Positions 1 to 11,600 of a DNA stretch of 64,000 bases are shown in pieces. The notes beneath the pieces were generated by a model. That model saw only the letters and a program-made list of their open reading frames with translations. It made no database searches and was not told where the DNA came from. How positions within the stretch are numbered: the first letter of the stretch is position 1; each line of letters starts with the position of its first letter. Made by a program: the position numbers and the translations under genes. The stretch covers positions 79,298,001 through 79,362,000 of the forward strand of contig NC_043004.1 of NCBI RefSeq assembly GCF_006345805.1. Reading direction: 5' to 3'. This stretch comes from Octopus sinensis. Its lineage: Eukaryota.

Positions 1-95
1 TATATATATATTATATATATATATATGTAGGTCCCGGGTTGATTCGGGGTTAACCACAGTAAATAAGGTACTCAATACATAGCAGAGTAAAATTA

Positions 96-222
96 ATTTA
101 TTATATAGAAGGAGCTTCTACAGGACTAGAACTGTTTCATTCAAGAGAAATCTTCAAGCTTCCTGAAGATTTCTCTTGAATGAAACAGTTCTAGTCCTGT
201 AGAAGCTCCTTCTATATAATAA

Positions 223-224
<2 letters not shown>
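96..224. repeat. Perfect 61-bp inverted repeat with a 7-nt spacer
   Basis: Positions 96-156 are the exact reverse complement of 164-224; the spacer is agcttcc. Confidence 0.95.
157..207 (+). ncRNA. Type I hammerhead ribozyme motif (GUA triplet)
   Basis: AGCUUC-CUGAAGA-UUUC(UCUU)GAAU-GAAA-CAG(UUCUAGUC)CUG-UA-GAAGCU. Stem I is a perfect 6 bp, stem III is 4 bp, and stem II is 3 bp plus a U.U at 10.1/11.1. Confidence 0.75.
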
Positions 225-255
<31 letters not shown>

Positions 256-261
256 ATATAT

Positions 262-646
262 AGGCGCAAGAGTGACTGTGTGGTAAATAGCTTGCTTAAC
301 AACCACATGGTTCTGGGTTCAGTCCCACTGCGTGGCACCTTGGGCAAGTGTCTTGTAAGTGGCTGACCAATGCTTTGTAAGTAGATTTGGTAGATGGAAA
401 CTGAAAGAAGCCCAACGTATATATATATGAGTGTGCATTTGTGTGTCCTTGTTTGTCCCCCAACCATCACTTGACAACAGATGCTGGTGTGTTTATGTTC
501 TTGTAACTTAGTGGTTCGGCAATAAAGAATGATAGAATAAGAACTAGGCTTACAAAGAATAGGCCCTGGGGTTTGATTTCTTCAGCTAAAACCCTTTATG
601 GTGGTGCTGTAGCATGGCCACAGTCAAATGACTGAAGCAAGTAAAA
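262..646 (+). mobile_element. tRNA-derived SINE, family 1 (representative copy)
   Basis: Head aggcgca(a/g)gagtg(a/g)ctgtgtggtaa...ggttcagtccc with A-box- and B-box-like motifs and an internal (TA)n/(TG)n. Other copies lie at ~2218-2730, 4727-5215, 12605-12770 and 25475-25870, with minus-strand copies at ~57650, 60750, 61150 and 62830. Confidence 0.8.
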
Positions 647-649
647 TAT

Positions 650-670
650 ATATATATATTAACATATACA

Positions 671-706
<36 letters not shown>

Positions 707-1085
707 CATATGCATATACATGTGTGTGTGTATATATATAATATATGTATGTATGTATATATATATATATAACATATATATGCATGTGTATATATATATG
801 CATATATATATATATGCATGTGTATATATATATATATATGCATGTGTATATATATATATATATGCATGTGTATATATATATATATGCATGTGTATATATA
901 TATATATATATATGCATGTGTGTATATATATATATATGCATGTGTGTATATATACATATATATATATGCATGTGTATATATATATATATATGCATGTGTG
1001 TATATATACATATATATATATGCATGTGTGTATATATACATATATATATATGCATGTGTGTATATACATATATATATATATATAC

Positions 1086-1117
<32 letters not shown>

Positions 1118-1258
1118 GCATGTGTGTATATATACATATATATATATATATGCATGTGTGTATATATACATATATATATATATGCATGTGTGTATATATA
1201 CATATATATATATATGCATGTGTGTATATATACATATATATATATATATGTGCATGTG

Positions 1259-1309
<51 letters not shown>

Positions 1310-1540
1310 TTATGTATGTATGTATGTATGTATATATAGTTATGTATGTATATATATATTTATGTATGTATGTATATATATATTTATGTATGTATGTATA
1401 TATATATTTATGTATGTATGTATGTATGTATGTATATATATATTTATGTATGTATGTATGTATGTATATATATATTTATGTATGTATGTATGTATATATA
1501 TATTTATGTATGTATGTATATATATATTTATGTATGTATA
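650..1540. repeat. Compound (TA)n/(TG)n/TATATGCATGTG and (TATG)n micro/minisatellite
   Basis: Directly visible; the source of the many Y/I/C/H-rich spurious ORFs. Confidence 0.97.
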
Positions 1541-2217
1541 AAATCCTAAATTAAAGTTACTTGCACTATAAACTTCCACTGCCAGAGAAGACTGCATAAA
1601 TTACCCAGCATGAAGCCAGTTAATTTATGCAATCTGTAAGATTTTGTTTGTTTACTTGTTTAGTGGTTTGTAACAAGTTTGACACTGGGGGGGTATCGGG
1701 GGAGGGGGCAACAGTGCACATGACTTTTAAATAAGATTGATGATGTCTGTGTGATTGATTGATGTTTAAACGAAACATCACATCTTTAGAGAGAAAGCAT
1801 AGGCTATGGGGGGGGGGGAGAGCTTCAGTAGACAGCAGGTTTGTGTGGAGGAAGGATTGGGTATTTTATATTTAGTAGAGAATTTGATGAATATGGAAAC
1901 ATAAAGAAAACAACAAGCAGAGGATTGATTTGTTTGCTATAAAGAAGTCGAGAGTTGGATGTCGGATATTCTCTTGTTGTCCAAAAGAGAGGGTTCCGCA
2001 ATTTTCTGCGGAATAACCTGCACAAATGATTTGTTTCTAGTGGTCAAATCTATGTGCTGTACTTTAGCTCACTTCATTCATCAAATTGATGTGGCCTGAA
2101 CGGTACACAAGTATGCCACAGATCAGGTGTTGAAGCGATAGCAGAGCAGTATGAGATGAACTGTTTTGCTCAAGAATGCAATGTGCCACCTGGTCTAGGA
2201 ATTGAAATCATGACCTT

Positions 2218-2386
2218 GGCGCAGGAGTGGCTGTGTGGTAAGTAGCTTGCTTACCAACCACATGGTTCCAGGTTCAGTCTCACTGCATGGCACCTTGGGC
2301 AAGTGTCTTCTACTACAGCCTCGGGCCATCCAAAGCCTTGTGAGTGGATTTGGTAGACGGAAACTGAAAGAAGCCTGTCGTATGTG

Positions 2387-2459
<73 letters not shown>

Positions 2460-2460
2460 G

Positions 2461-2501
<41 letters not shown>

Positions 2502-2730
2502 GTATGTATGTATATATATAATATATATGTTTGTGTGTCTGTGTTTGTCCCCCCAACATCGCTTGACAATCGATGCTGGTGTGTTTACGTCCCTGTAACT
2601 TAGCGCTTCGGCAAAAGAGAACTGATAGAATAAATACTAGGCTTACAAAGAATAAGTCCTGGGGTCGATTTGATCAACTAGAGGCAGTGCTCCAGCATGG
2701 CGGCAGTCAAATGACTGAAACAAGTAAAAG
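2218..2730 (+). mobile_element. tRNA-derived SINE family 1 copy
   Basis: Same head and tail as 262-646, with an expanded (TA)n. Confidence 0.8.
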
Positions 2731-4596
2731 AGTTGCAATCACGAGTATACCACACTGACTGCTAGGTGACGTGACCTCACAAGAACTAGCATTGATTAAT
2801 TTCAAAGTCACATGGCAAAGTGTTTGGGGTGTTAGGCTGACACGCATAAAGTCAAGAGTTCAATTCCTGAACTGGGCAGTATGTTGCATTTTAAGCAAGT
2901 CACTTCATTTGACATTAATCAGGTCCACTCAGATGAAAACAAGCACCAGCAAAATGCTAGTGCAGCCCTTTCTCTCTTCATCTGTCACATCTTAAATGTT
3001 CTGCAAGGTCAAGGGTGGGAGGGCGGAGAGGGTGATCATCAAGACCATACAAACAATGTTTTCCACAAAATTCAAAAATCAGATTCGATGACTGGCGTCC
3101 GTGCTAGTGGGGTGCAAAGAGCACCATATGAGTGTGATCATTGACAGAGCGGCTAACCAGCCTCCGTGCCAGTGGCACTTAAAAGGCACCATTCGAGCGT
3201 GATCGTTACCAGCGTCACATTACTGGCACTCAAGCCCCGTGCTAGTAAGGTATTAAGAGCACCATCCGAGAGTGATCGTTGCCAGAACGGCTATCTGGCC
3301 TCCGTGCCGGTGGCACGTAAAAGATGCCATTCGAGCGTGATCGTTACCAGCATCGCCTTACTGGCACCCGTGCCAGTGGCATGTGAAAAAAGATTCGAGC
3401 GAGGTCGTTGCCAGTGCCACCTAACTGGCACGTAAAAATCACCCACTACACTCACGGAGTGGTTGGCGTTAGGAAGGGCATCCAGCTGTAGAAACTCTGC
3501 CAGATCAAGATTGAAGCCTGGTGCAGCCATCTGGTTCACCAGCCCTGTCATACGTCAAACCCATGCTAGCATGGAAAGCGGACGTTAAACGATGATGATG
3601 TTGATGTGGAAAACAGATTTCGACAGCCATGGGGGAAATATTATGTTTGCTTGGAAACAGGTGAAGGTTGGCAACAGGAAGAGCATCTGGCTGTAGAAAA
3701 CTTACCTCATCAAATTCCATCTGACCCATGCAAGCATGGGAAAGTGGACATTATGATGATGATGATGGCTTAATATAATATAAAACAGACATAATGACAT
3801 GTGGATCAACACATGTGTTCTTCTTGTCAACTAACAATACATTAGCAGCAGAGACAAAAAAAAAACACCCTGCTGGATATAAAATAATTATAAAAAGTAA
3901 ATGCAAATATATATATTAAAAAAAAATGTGCTTATTCAGAGACATTCCAAAGACAAATAGAAAGTTTTTGAAGCATAATAATTAAAAGTCAGTCAGGACA
4001 CACAGGAAATGAAAAAAAATATTCAAATTTTGTATTTAATTGAAAAAAAAAGACTGAAATTTAAAAAAATATAAATCTGATGAAGCTAACGAGAATCATA
4101 AGGCTGATTGCAACAATGAAGTGATGAGATCTACCCAAAGATTTACATTTTGCTACTTCCTTTAGAATACTATTATTTATGTCATCATCATCATAATATT
4201 ATTATTATTGTTGATGTTGTTGTTGTTTAGTAAGATGGTGATAGAAGTGTATACTATTTAGAAAGTCACTAACTAAATAGTAAAAAGCAAGAAATTTATT
4301 ATGAGGCATTTACATAACATCTGGAGTTGTAGTCGAGTAGCTTAACCCTCACACAGCCAATTAATCTTTAGATATCAGAGTAAATTAAATATTTTGATAA
4401 TTAAATTGTTCTTTCATGATAATTAGACCAACCAGATAGCAAATGCTTGTCTAGATAATTCAACTAGTGATGAATTTATTTATTCTCAATCTGTTCTGCC
4501 AGATTTAAACAAGAAAAGACTGACAGCTTTTGTTTTTCATCATCAGAAGTCATCTCCTCTCTTCAGATACTAACACACGATTCAATGACATAAAGG

Positions 4597-4646
4597 ACTT
4601 TCAGACACAAGTGTTTCGAACTTATGCATGTCTCCTCAGTAAAAGC
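4597..4646 (-). ncRNA. Type I hammerhead ribozyme motif (GUC triplet), sense to MRPL13 intron 4
   Basis: GCUUUUA-CUGAGGA-GACAUGCAUAAGUUC-GAAA-CA(CUUG)UG-UC-UGAAAGU. Intact core, 6-7 bp stem I (with G.U pairs), 3 bp stem III and a short, imperfect stem II. Confidence 0.72.
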
Positions 4647-4726
4647 TATTACCAAGATCAATAACGCTAACAAAAGTACTGGTGGCTCTTATCTACAGAA
4701 ATCTGTAAACAAATTATTTACTGAAT

Positions 4727-4885
4727 AGGCGTAGGAGTAGCTGTGTGGTAAGTAGCTTGCTTACAAACTACATGGTTCCGGGTTCAGTCCCACTGCATGG
4801 CACCTTGTCAAGTGTCTTATACAATAGCCTTGGGTTAACCAAAGCCTTTGAGTGGATTTGGTAGATGGAAGCTGAAAGAATCCAT

Positions 4886-4916
<31 letters not shown>

Positions 4917-5215
4917 TTGTGTATCTGTGTTAGTCCCCCCACCATTGCTTGACAACCGATGCTGGTGTGCTTACGTCTCCGTAACTTAGCGGTTTGGCAA
5001 AAGAGACTGTTAAAATAAGTACTAGGCTAATAAAGAATAAGTCCTGGGTTCGATTCGCTTGACTAAAGGCAATGCTCCAGGGCTTATTCTTTATAAGTCA
5101 AGTAGTTATTCTATCGGACTCTTTTGCTTGGCTAAAGGTCTCATTTGCTCAACTAAAGGCGGTGCTCCAGCATGGCCACAGTTAAATGACTGAAACAAAT
5201 AAAAGAATAAAAGAG
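4727..5215 (+). mobile_element. tRNA-derived SINE family 1 copy inserted between the two hammerhead-bearing units
   Basis: Begins aggcgtaggagtagctgtgtggtaag and ends with an aaaagaataaaagag tail. Confidence 0.8.
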
Positions 5216-5398
5216 TGATGCATGACGATGTCAGCCAAATTGATAATAATTCAGCCGGTGAACACAGAAGAGCAAAAATCTAAACAGTAATAAAACTTCA
5301 TTTTTAATACATTTTAGCAGTGATTTCCAGCAGTGGAGAACACCTCTTCTCTTCAGACGATGTGTATTTATAACACACAGTTCATTGATATAAGGGGA

Positions 5399-5449
5399 CA
5401 TTGAGACACTGCAGGGTTTCAACCTTTTGTGAGTCTTCTCAGCCAAAGC
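5399..5449 (-). ncRNA. Degenerate paralogous type I hammerhead motif (G8A in core)
   Basis: GCUUUGG-CUGAGAA-GACUCACAAAAGGUU-GAAA-CCCUGCAGUG-UC-UCAAUG. Homologous to 4597-4646, and stem I retains pairing through substitutions. Confidence 0.55.
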
Positions 5450-7017
5450 TAACCTTGGATCAGTGTAACTAACAACTGGGTCTTGTCTCTAGAAATCTGT
5501 AAACAAATTATTTGCTGATGCATAACAATGTCTGCTAAAAGGAAGATGTTTTCTGGTGACAAAAAGCAAGTTCAGCATTTTCACCTTGAAATCTGTTTAA
5601 AACTTATCAAAAATGAACAGAGATATTATTCTTTGTATTGTCACTGTTCTGTGTGAACCTCATCAATTATTAAACGATTCAACTAAAATTCGTTAGATTG
5701 GTTCCATAATTCAGTTTAATTGATAACTGAATATCTTTTATACCATTAATGTTAGATGGCTCTTACAGCTATCTACTCTACTCTACTCTCTCTCTCTCTC
5801 TCTTTCTGTTTGACACTTTCTTTCCACCTCTCTCACTCTCTGTATCTTGCTCCCAACCCTCCTTTCTCCCCATCTCTCTCTCAATACACTGATGATATTA
5901 AGAATGAATTCCTGCCAAAAAGATTCTATTCCTTAATATTCTAACATTAAGAATTCAATAACCCTTTTCTTTTCTTGTCTGCTAGCTTTATAACAACTGA
6001 TTAGTCATGACAAATTTGCTGATATTTCACGATTAATTAAAATATATGCATTTGTGTTTAAATAAACTAATTAATTATATCAGGTGGTGAAAACCTTTTA
6101 TTTTATTTTTATTTGTCTTTTGGCGTTTCCCCAGCTGGCGTTGCATTCCTATTACAGCAGCTGTAGGATAAGAAATATTGGAATGGTTAACAAGATGACT
6201 ATCAAGGCTGTAACAAAATGTAATCACAGCTGGTGGTGGTGATGGTGGTGGTGTTCTAACTGAACAGCATTATTCAACTCTGTTCAGACAAATGAACAGC
6301 ACCAAGGTAGACATAGGCCATATAAGTCTTGCATCTTGAATATCCCAAAGTTCAATGGCTTTGGGAGACAATGTAGTACTTTGCCATGTTAAGTGCCAAA
6401 CAGCAGTTGGAGCATGTTGTGTCCATTCTTCCATCCGTGATTTCTATTCTTGTATATTTTGTAGGAGAGGGCAAGCATGAGATGTCTTCTATGAGGTGGC
6501 TGCTTCAATTTGGAAAAAGATAGCGGTTAAATCTCTTCCCGATATAAAACCAGGAACTATTTGCTTGAAGGGAAAAATGATGGGACTATGGAACCAAGAA
6601 GAAAGATGGAATTGTTACAGAAAAGTATGTCTTACATCAGAACAGAACATGTCAAATTAAAGTTCCACTATTCACTAAGGATAGTACTCTGGTACTTGGA
6701 TAAAGTACAATGGTTCTTACATATTAATAGACAACAAAATAAAGAAAAAAACTTGGTAAGAAGACATTGTAAACATGATAAATTTGCCAAGTCAGGGATC
6801 TTATCAAAGGTTGATGAAACCTGCCTCTGGTACCATTGTAAACCAATACTATTTGTTCAGAGCAGAGAGCTGGCAGAAATGTTAGCACACCAGGCGAAAT
6901 GCTTAGCTGTACTTCGTCTGTCATTACATTCTGAGTTCAAACTCTGCCGTGGTTGACTTTGCCTTTCATCCTTTCGGGATTGATTAAATGCACTGGGGTT
7001 GATGTAATCGACTTAAT

Positions 7018-7470
7018 CCCTTTGTCAGTCCTTGTTTGTTCCCGCTATGTTTAGCCCCTTTGTCTGTCCTTGTTTGTTCCCGCTATGTTTAGCCCCTTTG
7101 TCTGTCCTTGTTTGTTCCCGCTATGTTTAGCCCCTTTGTCTGTGCTTGTTTGTTCCCGCTATGTTTAGCCCCTTTGTCTGTCCTTGTTTGTTCCCGCTAT
7201 GTTTAGCCCCTTTGTCTGTCCTTGTTTGTTCCCGCTATGTTTAGCCCCTTTGTCTGTCCTTGTTTGTTCCCGCTATGTTTAGCCCCTTTGTCTGTCCTTG
7301 TTTGTTCCCGCTATGTTTAGCCCCTTTGTCTGTCCTTGTTTGTTCCCGCTATGTTTAGCCCCTTTGTCTGTCCTTGTTTGTTCCCGCTATGTTTAGCCCC
7401 TTTGTCTGTCCTTGTTTGTTCCCGCTATGTTTAGCCCCTTTGTCTGTCCTTCTTTGTTCCTGCTATGTTT
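7018..7470 (+). repeat. Homogeneous 38-bp minisatellite, 11 full copies plus a partial copy
   Basis: Unit ccctttgtctgtccttgtttgttcccgctatgtttagc, head-to-tail with no spacers, at the 3' end of a family 3 SINE. Confidence 0.95.
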
Positions 7471-8766
7471 GAAGAAATCAAAAAAATACTACTTATTTCA
7501 AAGTCAAGTGGTCAGCAACTGAACGATCTACCTCACTAGAGTAGCTTGCTATTCTTGTGAGGAGAGAGGCTGGACACACAGCGGGATTTAAAACATGACC
7601 TGTCAAAGGACAGATGAGCTCCTTGTGTGCTGATGGCCATCCAGTTGAGGAAAGCAATGGCAAACCACCCAAGAAAACACTATGACAAAGTCAGTACAAG
7701 GCGAGACTATGGTTTCATCCGATGGGAGATCTCACATTTAACCAGAAAGACTTCCACTGTAGCATCATCAACATGATGCAAAACGCTTACGATACATGAT
7801 GATGATGACGATGCTGATAAAACTAACACTGGTTTTTATTATAAAAATAACAAATCTGCTAATCCCTCTTCCCCAGACATACACGTGTCTGTGTGTCTCC
7901 ATCTGTCTTCACACTGAGACTACTTGGGCAGCAGTGTTGCTTGTGATCCACGCAAACAAAGAAAAGTCAAGCAGGAACTCAAAGGTCTTTGGTGTGCAAA
8001 AATGGAGATTAAAATATCTTACTTGAAAAATATAAGGGTTGGTACCAGAGAGGGCATCAGGCTATAGGATGCTGCCTCAAGAAGTCTCTTTTAGCTCAAA
8101 CCAGAATGGAAAAGTAGACAAGAAAATGCCAACACCAACACTGGCCACCACTGACGATAAATAAACTACTCAGACATTAAATGCTACATGATTCTGAAGA
8201 GAAAAGCAGGGTCTTTGATGGAAGCATCTTAACCCTTTTTTACCATATTAATGATGTATTCTTTTCAATTAATTTTTAAAATAATGAAGAATATTGTAAA
8301 CTAAATTTGTCCTTATTAAGCTGAAGTTTGGAAATTAAAATTTCTAAACCCTTTGGCATTCTGGTTATTCTGTCAAGTGGAATACTTCTCATTCATTTTT
8401 CATTGCTCTGAATAAATCAGACATTATCTTGTAGCTTTGAGATTTTTGATGATGTAATTGTTTATTTTTAGAATGACATTGTAGGATAGGTGTGAGAGGC
8501 TGGATCTGGCTGGTTTGAACATAGATCTGGTAAAATATATGGGCTCGATATGGCCAGTTTAAATGCCAAAAGGTTGAAACATGATGTTTATATCATAGAA
8601 CCAAGAGCAGTCTTGAGTGAGCTGGTATCAAAAGATTTATATGTGGTAGAAACAGAGTTTATAAGAGAGATTAATTAAAAAACAAAAGTGATTAGTTGCA
8701 ACATATGTGAGTATGAAAATTACTATTTGTAGATCTCACAACGAGAGATATTCAGCAACAGTACTT

Positions 8767-9194
8767 TGGAGTAAAGATTGTTTGCCAACATAACATGGCA
8801 GTCCTGGTTTAGGACAAATGTTGCTGCAATTTAGCCCCAGGAGATACTGTCTCCAGCCAGCTATACGACACTATTTTTTAAAATAGTACTTTTTTAATTT
8901 ATAGATCAGTGACTAGTTGTCACTTTGAAAACTATATATTTCAAACGGGAATTTGGCAGAGCCACCTCTAGCTGAACAATATTCTGTGCTGATGAAGGGA
9001 ACCAACCTGGAAATCGCAATACACAGATATTGTTTTGAGCTAAGTGGGGGTGCTAGATTCCCTTGTTCGAAAATATAAGGACACAGATCGTGTCGTATAG
9101 CCAGCTGGAGATGATATCACCTGGAGCTAAATTACAGCAACATTCATCCTAAACCAGGACCGCCTTGTTATGTTGGCAAACAATTTTTACTCCA
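8767..9194. mobile_element. Foldback/MITE-like element with long imperfect terminal inverted repeats
   Basis: The left arm tggagtaaagattgtttgccaacataac... mirrors the right arm ...gttatgttggcaaacaatttttactcca. Imperfect complementarity continues inward to ctgtg/cacag. No TSD was recognised. Confidence 0.8.
8975..9034 (+). ncRNA. Type I hammerhead motif at the tip of a foldback element
   Basis: AACAAUAU-U-CUGUG-CUGAUGA-AGGGAACCAACCUG-GAAA-U(CGCA)A-UA-CACAG-AUAUUGUU. Stem I is 13 bp with one bulge. Stem II (GG/CC plus an A-U or G.U pair) has one extra G, and stem III is 2 bp. Confidence 0.62.
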
Positions 9195-10129
9195 TATGTG
9201 AAAATATGGTTTAAAATTCTTGGAATGAGAACCATTCCTATCAACCAAAACATTTGTTCTTGTTTTCCCTCAAGAGTTAAATAACGCTTCAGCATTTATT
9301 ATTGTTAGTTACGACCAAAATTGTTATTATCACATTGTGCCACCTATATTGCATGTATTCAATGAGATCCATATTTAGGTAACACCCAACTGCTAAATGA
9401 AAATCTCTAATATTTTTAATTGAAACCAAAGTTCAAATCATCATCATCATCCTTATCATCATTTAACATCCATTGTCCATGCTAGCATAGGTTGGATGGT
9501 TTAACCAGGGCTGGCAAGCTGAAAGGCTGCACCAGACTCCAGTCTGATTTGGCATGGTTTCTATGCCAACCACTCTGAAAGTGTTACAGGAGTTTTTTAT
9601 GTGCCACCTGCATGGGTGCCATTTGCATGACACCAGTATCTGCCACGACTGCAATTTTGCTTGGCTTGATGGGTCTTCTTCTCAAGCACAACATAAGGCC
9701 AAAGGTCTTGGTCATTGCCTCTGTGAGGCCCAACATTCGAAAGGAACTTTGCACATGCCATTGGCATTGGCCACTTTGTCTCTGTGAGGCCCAATGCTTG
9801 AAAGATGCTTTTTATGCGCCACCAGCATAGTGGCCAGTCAGGTGGCACTGGCCTCGACCATGCTCAAAGAGTGCTTTTTACTTGCCACCAGCACAGGTGC
9901 CAATCAGGTGATTGGCATTGGCCACAACTACGATTTCACTTGACTCAACAGGTCTTCTCAAACACAGCATATTGCCCGACAATTGAAGGGTACTTATAAA
10001 CTGACCGATTATGCAACACTGGCACATCAGCCACATCTACGACCTCACTTGGCTTGCTGGGTCTTCTCAAGCACAGCATATCTCCAAAGGTCTCAATTGC
10101 TTGTCATTGCCTCTGTGAGGCCCAACATT

Positions 10130-10600
10130 CAAAGGTCATTCTTCACCACCTCATCCCATGTCTTCCTGGGTCTACCTCTTCCACAGTTTCCTGCCTCAGT
10201 TAGAGTGCAACACTTCTTCACGCAGCTGTCCTCATCCATATGCAACACATGAACATACAGGCACAGTCATCTCTCTTGCACACCACATCTGATGCTTCTT
10301 ATGTCCAACTTTTCTCTCAGGGAGCTTACACTCTGTCATATATGCACACTGACATTATACATCCAGCAGAGCATACTAGCTTCATTTCTTTTAAGTCTAC
10401 GCATATCCTCAGTAGTCACGGCCCATGTTTCACTGCCATGTAGCATGGCTGTGTACATGCATGCATCATACGGTCTACCTTTCACTCTGAGCAAGAAGCT
10501 CTTTGTTACCAGCAGAGGTAGGAGCTCTCTGAACTTTGCCCAAGCTATTCTTATTCTAGCAGCTACACTTTCAGAGCATCCACCCCTGCTATATTTATTT
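10130..10600 (-). mobile_element. RTE-clade LINE fragment (RT C-terminal region)
   Basis: GGCSESVAARIRIAWAKFRELLPLL...LHGSETWAVTTEDMRRLKRNEASMLCWM. Confidence 0.85.
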
Positions 10601-10626
10601 GGACAAGAGTTACTAGAGTTACTTAC

Positions 10627-10687
10627 CTTTGTTGGATCCAACTCATGAAGTCTCCATGCTGATGTTATAGACTTGCCTTTGGGGTAA
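10627..10687 (-). CDS. MRPL13: MRPL13 coding exon 4 (S-YPKGKSITSAWRLHELDPTK)
   Basis: gttttag acceptor and gtaagt donor; 61 nt; starts in phase 2 (AG|T) and ends in phase 0. Aligns with uL13m HTGYPGG...A..LH..DP. Confidence 0.88.
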
Positions 10688-11325
10688 CTAAAACATAAAA
10701 AAGACAAAAAACATTTAATCAAGAGTCGAAAAAATATCATCATCATCATCATAATTTTAATGTCCGCTTTTCCATGCTCGCATAAGTCAGATGGAATTCA
10801 CTGAGGCAGCAGATTTTCTACAATTCACCTGTTTTCAAGTAAGGTATTATTTCTCCGTGACCAGACATGTATTCATGGATCAGTGGAAACGATTGACACA
10901 GCTAGTAGGTTGGTGACATTCGTTTACAGCTATCACACAACATCAAGACAAGGAGGCACACACACCACACACACACACACACATTTAGTTTAGTCTTCTG
11001 TTACGAGGAGGATCAACAAGAAAAGTACTCCATCCGGTGAGAGAGAAATATCTTATATTCACAGAATTTCAAAAGAAAAGCTCCTAATAGTTTCAGGATG
11101 TAGAGATACAATAACCTGGCAGATTTATATAACATGCCATGTGTCTCAGAACAATCTGTCAGATTCAGTTGGACATTGAAAACCAGAATGCTAGTCTGTG
11201 AGAAAACAACGGGGGAAGAAGGTTGATGTAAAAAGTGGAATGAAAAGAAAGAAAAGAAAACCTAGATCTCATAGACCAGCGTCCTGGTTGTCAAATATGT
11301 CCAACAGTATATACTGATAATACAG

Positions 11326-11600
11326 TTCTATATTTAAGAGATGAGGAATTATGTACATTATTTACACCTGACGGATATTTGTCCTCATCTTGTTTGTTGT
11401 TAACACAACATTTCAGCTGATATATCCTCCAGCCTTCTTCAGGTGTCTTGGGGAAAATTTCGAACCTGGGTTCTCATTCCTAAGGTATTTTTCGATGTCA
11501 TTATCATTATTATTATTCAGGTCACTGCCTGGAATGTTGGGGTTAGTAGACTGCGCTCTTAACCACTACACCATATGCCTGTGGGCAACTATGGAGTGAA
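11326..11600 (-). mobile_element. Penelope-like pseudo-LTR repeat (family D) with a minimal hammerhead at 11402-11447
   Basis: The minus strand reads gacac-CTGAAGA-a-ggctg..cagct-GAAA-tg-tt-gtgtt. The same ~250 bp repeat recurs at 26.3, 33.1-33.8 and 58.6-59.0 kb. Confidence 0.6.

Noticed and set aside
586-1597. Multiple 150-290 aa ORFs rich in Y/I/C/H/M (also at 13.9-14.3 and 20.9-23.9 kb)
   Set aside because: Translations of (TA)n/(CA)n/(CATA)n microsatellites, open in several frames on both strands.
1825-2017. Minus-strand acceptor-like site (tttgtgcag) followed by open frames; considered as MRPL13 exon 5 or 6
   Set aside because: No frame matches the expected uL13m motifs (MLPKN, RL.LFP, FPRLW), and no donor was identified.
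4697-4719. Duplicated tttgtttacag acceptor-like sites (also 5491-5513) as possible MRPL13 exons
   Set aside because: The frames checked hit early stops or show no uL13m similarity; they are better explained as part of the hammerhead-bearing tandem unit.
6561-6956. 131-aa plus-strand ORF
   Set aside because: No recognisable domain, and its 3' end runs into a SINE.
7018-7470. CRISPR-like array of 38-bp repeats
   Set aside because: The units are contiguous with no unique spacers, there are no cas genes, and the context is eukaryotic.
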